A stretch of DNA of 64,000 bases from the NCBI GenBank assembly GCA_051530055.1, contig CM121342.1:8068691-8132690 (forward strand), read 5' to 3'. This DNA is from Neoechinorhynchus agilis (lineage: Eukaryota; Animalia; Acanthocephala). Below the pieces are notes generated by a model. The model searched no databases. It was not told where the DNA came from and saw only the letters and a list, made by a program, of their open reading frames with translations. Within the stretch, counting starts at the first letter, position 1; every line of letters starts with the position of its first letter. Below, one piece after another: positions 39,801 to 49,639 of the stretch. The position numbers and the translations under genes were made by a program.

Positions 39801-39899
39801 ACGTTAAATGAGTAATTGCGCTCATCTCAAAAGTAAATTAGCGCGATGGCAGAGCTCAGAAGGGGTATTGGGTAGCCTGATCAGCTTTAATCCCAGCTC

Positions 39900-41945
39900 C
39901 AATGTGCTCTAAGGAACCAATATGGCAAATCACGAAACCTCAATCAATTAGATCATTACTAATAATATGTGTATGCGCGTGCCTGATTGTAAGGATAATA
40001 ATAATAACACAAACGCCCTTCGAAAACGTTCCCGCAATAGTCACCCGAGGAACACCGGGAAGATTGCATTCCGATAGTTCAAACCTGCCACAACAACGTC
40101 CGCCACGCCGGCTGTTTCAATCGCTGGCGAGGGGGTGCCCAGTCTCTAATGCAAATCGGTCAAATGCAATGTTTGTCTTCGTGACTTCAAACCGAATCTC
40201 AGTGGTCTCGTCCGCTCCCACGATAAACATGGGTCGCATTGCCCTGGATCCAGAAAACCGGCAACTCAGCCTGTCTCTCCGTCTTCATCCAATCCATCCA
40301 ATCCAACCGAACTCACAACTCCCGCGTGACTGGACGAATCCTGCGAGGCGCCAGGCCCTCAGTAGCCTCCAAATTAGCATGCCTGATCGAGCGCATCCTA
40401 CGTGATTCAACTGTACCATCTGACTGGTTCAACCTCATCGCGTTTCCGAAAGCTATCTTACGTGTTCCCACACAAACATCTGAAGCCAACGAGAATCCAT
40501 CGCTTAGCCAAAATATTCGCAACAGGTCCGACGCTTTCGAGTCCTTTGAACAAGTCGAGTATCTTGGATGGCAGAGCCATCGCCGTAATTTTCCTCACGA
40601 CCCGGACTCTCAACTCCGCGCGAAATGCTCCGAGAAGCTGGAGGACGGCGATCGTGTGCCGTTCGACTTGTAAGCGGAACGGACCGCCTACTCGCGCCGA
40701 ACAAGGACATCCTCGACTCCTTAAAATTGAAGCATCCTCCACGCAGACGGAGTTGCTTCAAGCCAAATTATGATCCGTTGTTCACAGAGTCTGACCGCGA
40801 TCCCCTCATACCCACTACAGTCTCCACCGTCACTTACGCTCTGATATCCTTTCCGCCATCGTCAGCTGGAGGGCATGATGGTTTAAGCCCTCGACACATA
40901 CGGGATTTGACCTGCTTCTCTTCTGGAGCTCAAGGTACACGATTGCTGAAGGCAATCACCGAGCTCACACGCGTAATCGTCCGCGGTTCCGTACCTCCTC
41001 CAGTCGCAAGTCTACTCTGCGGTGCCAAGCTGATCGCTTTCACAAAAAAGGTGGAGGGGTTCGTCCGATTGCCGTTGGTTGTACCTTCCGTCGACTGGCA
41101 TCCAAAGTCGCGTGTCAGTTCGCCACCGATCGATTGATCGATCAACTCTGGCCGGTTCAATTAGGAGTCGGAGTTCCTGCTGGAGCCGAGGCGGCCGTAC
41201 ACTCAGCACGAGGGTATAGTCGAAATGGTATCAATAAGGGAAGGGCTATGGTCAAGCTTGACATGGAGAACGCGTTCAATTCAATATGCCGCACCGAGAT
41301 GACGGAGGTTGTCCACCAGCACTTACCAGAAATCTACCAATATGTGTCCTTGTGCTACGACCAGTCCATCATGCTGCTGTTTGGCGAGTCCCAGGTCGAA
41401 TCAGCAGAGGCTGTTCAACAGGGTGATCCCCTAGGTCCTCTGCTGTTCGCATTGACGATCAATCATCTTGCCCACAGCTCTTTCTTCAGAGTTATCGATC
41501 TGGTACCTTGACGACTGTTGCATCGGAGGGGAGATCGACCAGCTCATTCGCGACATCAAAAACATCTCCGAAATGGGTGCCGATATCGGACTATTCCTGA
41601 GAACGGACAAATGCGAAATCATTTCGGACGACCAAGAGGATGCATCGAGACTGCTCACCGTACTGCCCGGAGCAAAGACAACTGCAACCGACTCAGCTGA
41701 CATTCTCGGGTCTCCAATCGGTAACCTGTCTAACCTGGGAAACGTTTCTTTCAAAAGCCATCGATCAATTGCGGCTCATTGCCTCCAGGCTCTTGCACAT
41801 CGCGCGACACGACGCTCTGTTCATACCAGGACGATGTCTGTCGCTTCCGAAGATTGCGTACCTTCTGAGGACTTCTCCATGCTTCAGGTCAGTGCTCACC
41901 AGGGATTTCGACAACTGCGTTCGATCAACCTTGGCACGAACAAGC
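39900..41945 (+). mobile_element. CRE-clade (restriction-like endonuclease type) non-LTR retrotransposon RT, frameshifted
   Basis: SAGGHDGLSPRHI, GVRPIAVGCTFRRLASKV, QLGVGVPAGAEAAVH, KLDMENAFNSI, QQGDPLGPLLFAL, WYLDD. Confidence 0.8.
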
Positions 41946-41983
41946 ACATATTTAAAAACTTACAAGCAAACTGATGATGAACC

Positions 41984-42272
41984 CGACGAGGTTCGAAAAG
42001 TCTTTAATAAATAATCATTTACCGGGTGTAGACCTTTAAACAATAATTCTAATCACATTCTCCGGTACCTCACATATCGACAATCATGACGACAGTTGCA
42101 GAATTGGACGAAAAAGAGGAATTTGTGAACGAAAAGCAAATGTAATGATTATTTGCATGTTAAGCAAGGTCGATATGTGAGGAGGTACCGGGGATATGTG
42201 ATTGGAAATGTTTTTGAAAGGTCTACATCCGGTAAATAATTTTTTCGCTTAAAAGTGCTTCGAACCTCGTCG
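41984..42272. mobile_element. Foldback/MITE-like element at the truncated end of the CRE element
   Basis: cgacgaggttcgaa / ttcgaacctcgtcg outer IR, plus an inner ~65-bp IR (42014-42080 vs 42169-42240). Confidence 0.8.
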
Positions 42273-42699
42273 AATTTGTCAAGGAAGGAGAACGACGATG
42301 AAACACATTCACTTCCTTGCACCCTGAAAGGTTGAACGATTTTTTCAACTTCGCTTTCTCATGACTCCATGAAGCGAATCAAAAAAATTGAAAATGTAAA
42401 ACGGCCCTAAAACTTTAACGATGATTTCTTGAGAATTTGGTCTCCAAGTCAATTCTTAAACGAGTATTTTTGGAGCACCATTGCTACTCAAAAATTAATT
42501 GAAAAATTAAGTAAGTCATGAATACTTTTTCACTTAAAATTTTAAGTTTCCCCAACGAATTTTGTGTCTTCCAGAATTCGTCGGCAATGAACACTGATAA
42601 TTATCTCGGATAAAAAAATTTCGAAATGGATTCAGTTGAACGTTCCCTCGTATAAATGGATTTAAGGTTCAGGAGGACCCATGAACCTTTGGGTCCTTA

Positions 42700-43520
42700 T
42701 CCGTTAGGACGTTAATATCCAATCGAGGGATGCCCGTTCTGGAGGTGGTCAGAGGGATTCCTATTCGGATGGGAACTATCCAGTCGGGGGAGGTTCGTTC
42801 GGGTGAGAATGTGTCCGTTCGTTTGAGAATATCCGGTTAGGTTGGAAGGTCCGTTGTGGTGGGAATTGGTGTTTATTTCTTGCAGTGAGCGCTTGTAAGG
42901 TTGGTCTTTCTTCAGAATCATTTCAAGTACTGATATCCGAGAAGATTGGGTAGCATGGAAAAAGGAGCGTAGGTACAGGGATAATGAAACGAATTAGGAT
43001 TACAAGTGTTGTGCTCATGTGAAAAGGGGAAGATGTGTTGTAGAAATTGAGGTGGTATGGTTGAGAGGCGTTTTGATTGTTTTATGAAAATAGCATCAAG
43101 GCATTCGGTGAGTGGGGGGAAAAGTTGTGCAACTTTTAGATACTCTTTTATGAAACATTTCAAGATGACGGATTTAAGATTTGGATAGGTTGCAAAATAC
43201 GGGGTAACCGTGAGATAGGGGTGGTAAAATAAAGCAGAAGTAAAATTTGTGGAGATCGGGTGAAGGGATTCCTAAATGTTGATGGCATTTGAGGAGATAA
43301 ATTTTAAAGGTATTGAGCTTGAGGGAGAGAGTGAAATGCGAGTCCCATTTCAAGTTTGATTGAAATTGGAGACCCATAATTCTTAGGGAGGTTACTCGTT
43401 CATTTGGTAGGTCTGGGGAGGATGTGGGGTTGCGGGAGAGAGGGGATCATTTCGAAGCATTCAGAGAAATTCAGGTGGAGTTTGTGATTGGTACAGAAAC
43501 TGAGATGGAGTTTGTGATTG
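42700..43520 (-). mobile_element. CR1/L2-group LINE 3' fragment
   Basis: LGLQFQSNLKWDSHF...YLLK...LGIP...FYFCFILPPLSHGYPVF is typical of the post-RT region. Confidence 0.7.
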
Positions 43521-43833
43521 GTGCTCAGTGTAAGGTAATCGAACCCCGGCCACTTGCATGACAGGCAGATTTGTCATTAGCTTTTATCCTTAGTCTTAAT
43601 CCATTTGGAACCACTCCAAAACCATCAAATGTCTCCATGTCAAGACAATTTTTGAGGTTATTTACGTAATTGTGCAGGAAATTCTGGGAACCTGAACAAA
43701 AACTCAGTTTTGACAAAAGAAAGGGAATGAAACATTCCTTAAACTCGTGCTAAATTGCCAGTCTTGTGTGTGCTTTTTAGTCTTTAAATTTGGATTGCCG
43801 GTTGAATTGAATACTTTGTTAATTTCATTTCAG

Positions 43834-46707
43834 ATGTCCTTCGATTGGTTCGACAATGACACTGAAGACTCCATCGCACCTTTGAACGCGGACGAACTCG
43901 GATATCTCGAAATGCTGCGATCCAAAGAGCGATTTTACATGAGCGAGGAAATCGTTGATGATTTGGATAAGACGCGTCTGTCGATATTAACGTACCATTC
44001 AAAAAAGGAACAAAATGAAACAGGCATCGAATTGCTAAATAAACTTTCACAAAAGCTGTCAAAAGCCGCACCAATCGACCAATTTCTCTCAACACGAGCA
44101 GAAAATTTTCAATTGCTTGAAAGGGACCATGCGGCGATGATTTCGTCCTTGGAGGTATTTTTTCATCCCTGCCAAATATTATCCAAATCTCAGGACCGTT
44201 TGACCGATGAAATTGACTGTATTCAAAGACGGCTTCGGTACTTTTCAATTACACGATCACTCGTTCGTAAGCTTGAATCTAACATGATTCTCACCAGTGT
44301 CGATATTATTGCAAACCAAATTCTACCACAGGCAAAGGAATGCCTTGGTTTTATGAGAGCACATCGTGAATACAAAGAGGCTGAAATTTACGAGAACACT
44401 CTCCGAGACACAGTGATTCCAAAATGTCTTTCTATTCTTAAAGAAAGCTCCATTGAGATTCTGCGGCTGGCTTCCAATGGCCTTTCCAATAGTAAAGATA
44501 AAGTTAAAGAAAACCCATCGTACGAAGAAGTATTCAATCGAGTATATGGTGAGTTTCGCATGAACACTTGTCTTAAGCTGCAACAAATAATCGATGCCAT
44601 CAGCAGAATCGAAGATGGCGGTGGTTTAGCTTTTGAAGAGACGGAAAGGAAGTTGGCGAAAATGGTCATTGAAGATTGTGTTATGGCTTATGTTAATTGC
44701 CGAAAACAAATGATCCTTGATCCAGTTAAAAAGCAAATCGAAAGTCATCACGAGTCAACTGGAAAAATGAAGAAACATTCTTTTGTTTATTATCTCCGTC
44801 AATCTCTCGATTTGATCTTCGCCGTTTGTGAAAATGAAAACCAATTAATCGGTGAAGTATTCCGATCCATGTCTGGGTCTTCAGCAGCACTATTTTCGAT
44901 CAATGAACATTTATTCAATCACATTTGTGATGCGCTCGTTAAAATATTTTTGGAATGACGACTCCGGGTTTTCATTTTATAGAAAAGGTTTCTTAAAATT
45001 CTCGTTACAAGAAGTTTCACGTGCCTTAAGGTTTAGTAAAAACTCGTCTAAACTAGTTCTGGAAGCAAATTATTTCGTTCTTTTTCTAAATATTCGAAAA
45101 ATCTAAGTTGTGTGCGAACTCTGAAGCCATAGAACCACTTAATTTGCACGAAATATTTAAGCTACGATAAGAATTTTAAGATTTCGTCAAGTGGAAAAAT
45201 TGCCTCAATTTTAAGAGGAATGTCTAATATATTTAAAAATCACTTCCGATCGCATTTTAAGATTTAATTACTTATTTTACAGTCTCAATAAGTCGTCTTT
45301 CTCCGCTTAATTCGTCCACTCATAGTCAAAACCAAATGTATCGAGACACTAGCCGACATTGTCAATGCACTTCAACGCGATCCATTAACTGAGGATTCCA
45401 CTGCGCCCTCATCCACTTACCGGTATCCTTCATCCATCCGGACGACTCTGACGCAGTTAATACAAGACTCACAAGAACGTCTTGTATATAGAACCGGAGT
45501 GTACACCAAAAATGATATTTTGCAATACGAGCCGAACTCAGCTGATCTCATGTACCCAGAACGTCTCCAATTGATGCAATCAATCGCCAATGAACAAAGC
45601 GGCAAAAATAATTCAAATTCTAAATTTGATCTTCACGGAATGTGGTATCCCACTCTTCGTCGTACTTTACTTCACATGTCCAAGCTTTATTATTGCATCG
45701 ATGATAACAGCGTATTTCAGGCTCTGTCACAAGAAATAACTGTCGATTGTTTAAATTGCGTACCGGAGAGCAAAGCACTGGGTAATTTATACATTTTTTG
45801 CCTTTAAATATACAATATTTGATTTTTAAAATAATCATTGAGACGGGATGGTTTCTTAAAACTTAGAAACAATTCGATATATTTCAATGGAATGAAATAC
45901 GTTTTATCCGATGGATTTATCAATCAAAAATAATTCATTTTTAAAACAAAATTTCTTATCCGTTAAAAGTGAATATGTCAGTTTTATGATTTAAAAGGCT
46001 CTTTTTTTAAGAATTAATCTTTAGATAAACTCATTACTTCGTTGTTTTCACCGTTAACGAAATGCTCTTTGAAACGCAAATTAACATCCCTTCAAATGGC
46101 GGCGGTCAAAATCAGTGAAAGATCTTCACAATCCGATGGATTATTGTTTCTACTTAAACATCTCCTCATTCTAAGAGAACAAATAATCCCCTTTAATGTC
46201 CGATATGCACTTGAGGATACTCGCATTAATTTCGGTAAATTAAAGGACGCATTCGGCATTCTACTGCAGCAAACCAAAGAAGATTCGGCTTCTGACTCGC
46301 ATGGGACCAACAGTGTTTTCCTCGAATTTTTAACAAAAGGGCAAGACGTTATTGAAGAATCACTGATTGATTCTCGATCAGAAGTTGATAAAGCCATTCA
46401 GACGACTTGTAAAAAGCTCATTGAAATCTGGAAAGTTGACTGTCGATGCGCAGATGATATTTCCTCCAATGAAAATGCATTTAGTCAAGCGTTTTATGCC
46501 GTCAAGGAATTTGTTCCATTGCTTAAGTCTACTCTTAACCTATATCTTGCCGATGAACGACTTGAACGAGTTCTATTTCGTCCGATCGGAAATATGATAA
46601 TTGATAAATTCGAAAAAGCTACCTTTGAAATGGATGGAAATGCTGATGGATCCTATTTAAAGCAAATCAGACAAATTGTTGATTCGCCTGAGAATACTGT
46701 CGAGTAA
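43834..46707 (+). CDS. COG3: Conserved oligomeric Golgi complex subunit 3
   Basis: LIQDSQERLVYR, DLMYPERL, HGMWYPTLRRTLLHMSKLYYCID, FQALSQE, DGLLFLLKHLLILREQI. Two non-canonical inserts. Confidence 0.92.
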
Positions 46708-47619
46708 ACTAGACCATTCGAAACACGATGTAAGTCTTCAACATTCTTATAAATCAACCTTTTTGAATGTTTAAAATCTTTCAGTGCTTTTCACCCTTAT
46801 AGAGTTGAAGTTATCATTTGATTCAGAAAACAAAATACGATGTAATCTTGCCATAATTTTTTTAACGATGAAGTCACTAATGGCTTCACAAACATGAGAG
46901 TTCTTTGGATGTTTTCGTTTCATAAAAAAATCTCGTATTTTCTATGCGATCAGAATCTATTTTATGAAGCAACGTTAAACTTCTATTCTTAAAAAATTAA
47001 CAGCTATTGACTTACCTCTCAGATTTCTTCTTGATTTTTTATTACAGAAAATCGCTTCGATAAGTAGCGTTTTCCACGAAAAGTTGATAGCGACTATTCT
47101 CATGGCATCCTTTTTGTGCCACGGTGAAAAAATTACACGATGTTAGTAACACTTTAAAACATTAGTAAAATTTTTTTAAGATTGAAAGTCCTTCAAACGA
47201 TCGGCAATAAAAATATTGCTCCAGCCAATAACGTACTGAGAGTTGTGTAATTAAATTGTGCAACCAATCAGCGTGAGTAAAAATAAAATTAGCAAAAAAC
47301 ACGAGTGTTTTATTTGCAGAAACCAGACCACCTTAGCGACTATCATTGCGCAGTAACATAAAACAATGTGGTTTGTTCAGGTACGAAAACAAAGACGAAC
47401 ACCCACTAAGCGCCTTCGTTTAGGTAGCGAAATAGTTTCTTTCGGTTAGTCTCCTAATACGTCATTATCGATTACACAATTTCTTTCTGCAAATACATCG
47501 AAGGTCATAGTAACCAAGTTTAGACTCTTTAGGATTCGTTAATTCCTTTTTGTGGGAACAAGATTTCTATTGTTAACGTGTCTTCATTTCTGCCTTGAAA
47601 TCGGATGGTGCTATTTGAT

Positions 47620-47760
47620 CGATTTGAATATCTCGCTAGCAGTACAACGGGGCAATGCTGCCAGCGTGATGGCGACGGTCGAGGAAGGACAAAAGCTGGA
47701 ATCGGCGGGAGGTGGTGAGTGTGTTAATTGTCGAGAAATGAAGATTGATTGAATATATTT
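47620..47760 (+). mobile_element. Short 3'-end fragment of a CRE/RLE retroelement
   Basis: ISLAVQRGNAASVMATV matches the conserved C-terminus of the RLE domain. Confidence 0.65.
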
Positions 47761-48180
47761 GTAAACAGGGGAAAAAAACATTTCCAATTAAAAAATTTGG
47801 TAAAAGGGTTAAAAATGTGCATTGGACAATGGTCGAAAGTTGTTTGATATTTTCGCAGCTAAAGTCACCACTGGAAACGATCATAAACAATTGAATCGAC
47901 CAAGTGTGAATACGTCCTTATGATTAGACAAATTTGAAGTCGAAAAAAACCACTGGAATCGACCAAGTATGAATACGTAATGGTGATTGGATGGAGTGTT
48001 AGAACCATTGGTTTATTGAAACCGCCAAAATATTTCTTGTATAGAATTGTACATTTGATAAAGAAATCAGATTCATCATCAAATTTTGTGTGTACGAGAG
48101 ATTTGTTAAGATCTGTCTGCGTGTTTTATGCCGATTTTTTACAGTCCAATTTTCTTAATAATTCGATAAATATTTTTAAG

Positions 48181-48627
48181 ATGGCTCATAGAAGACCGGA
48201 CGTTCTTTATGACAGCGATACTGATGAGTACTACATTCCCAGTGAAATGCGTCCAGATGGGCGACGGACCCGATCGATGCGAGTACGGCGGGATTATGTG
48301 CCGGATATTTATCAGAAGCCATATATAATACCACAAAGAAGAGTTGAAGAGCGTAAGAACAAATGCTCTCCGCGGTTCGATCTGGACGAAAAATGCCGCC
48401 AGACCAATAAAGGCGATTCGAACCAAAGGTCGGTAGAGAAAGAAGGTTCCAATTCTAGCACAGTGGCACGATCAATCTCTTCACATAAAGCCCCATGTGT
48501 AGACGAAGTCCCAACGGTTAGAGAGTATCTTAGAAAAACACGAGGGTCCATTGAAGAATCGAAAGTGGACCCGAAACTTGTTGATTTAATTGAACAAATC
48601 AAGAATATAAAGCTTAGAGACGATTAG
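48181..48627 (+). CDS. PYM1: Partner of Y14 and Mago (PYM/WIBG), single exon
   Basis: YIPSEMRPDGRRTRSMRVRRDYVP resembles the PYM N-terminal motif [24 protein letters not shown]. Confidence 0.72.
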   Translation: MAHRRPDVLYDSDTDEYYIPSEMRPDGRRTRSMRVRRDYVPDIYQKPYIIPQRRVEERKNKCSPRFDLDEKCRQTNKGDSNQRSVEKEGSNSSTVARSISSHKAPCVDEVPTVREYLRKTRGSIEESKVDPKLVDLIEQIKNIKLRDD

Positions 48628-49639
48628 ACAAGTGGTTTATTCGAAATATGGGCTTCAAATAAATAGTTAGGCTAAACCGTGTTTAACAAAAATTTAACAT
48701 TTTATCCAGAATCACACACTAAAGTTGTTTGTGCTGCGTTTTTGTCGAAAATTAAAGACATTTTCGAGATGTTTGAGGATTGAATACTGTAAAAGTATTT
48801 TTAATTCTTTGAAATTTATATCATAAAATAAGTAGAGTAAACATGATATGATTTGAAAAAATCAGGTCTTTTGTAAAAGAAACATTAGTATAAAAATATG
48901 CGCCAATGACCCGTCCTTATCGAGTGAAAAAATAGAAATATCCAAAGTCAAGAACAATCTCAAAATTTGAAGAATTTTATAGATCGTTCGTAAGATTTTT
49001 GGACCACGCGATATAATAAGAAAATCGGTCGAAATCGTAAACTTTGAAAACCAAACAAAATTTCTATCAGAAAACTGCCTATTTAAAATATTTATCGAAA
49101 AAACGTTTCTTGACAACTGACTTTGAAAAGCAAGCAAAAATTCTCCAAAATTTTTATCAGAAAACTGCTTATTTAAAATATTCATCGAAAAAAGTATCTA
49201 GACAACCGGTGTTTTTAATTGAAACTGAAGAGCAGAATTTAGTCGCTCGTCGGTTTGCTGTAATTTATTTTTTGTGCTAGGAGTTGAGGATCAGAAATTA
49301 AAAATAAAAGCGAACTTTGCTTGAAAAATCCGAAATAGTACAAACAACCTTGATAAACGCGTACAAGATTGTGCCTCAGAAATATCGAATTTAATTACTT
49401 CCATTTTTTCCGCAATATAAAAACCACTTTTTTTATCCGCGATTGAGCGAAGGAAATCGCTTTTTAGTTTCGCACCTCATCTTTAGTTTAAAAAAACCCT
49501 ACATTTTTCCACGTTCACTTTCTCCGTACAGTACGAAGGAGTTTAATGGCGCTCACACGCCCCCCGTTTAAATTCTCGCATTATTACTATTCGAAGCTAT
49601 CATCAATCCCTATTGGTTTACCGAGTTATAAGTAGCATT

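Noticed and set aside
39830-39910. Possible HDV-like ribozyme upstream of the CRE element
   Set aside because: Some pairing is present, but I could not build the P1/P2/P3/L3 topology.
47894-49200. Short local direct repeats (47894/47956; ~49065/49155)
   Set aside because: Two-copy AT-rich duplications with no supporting structure.
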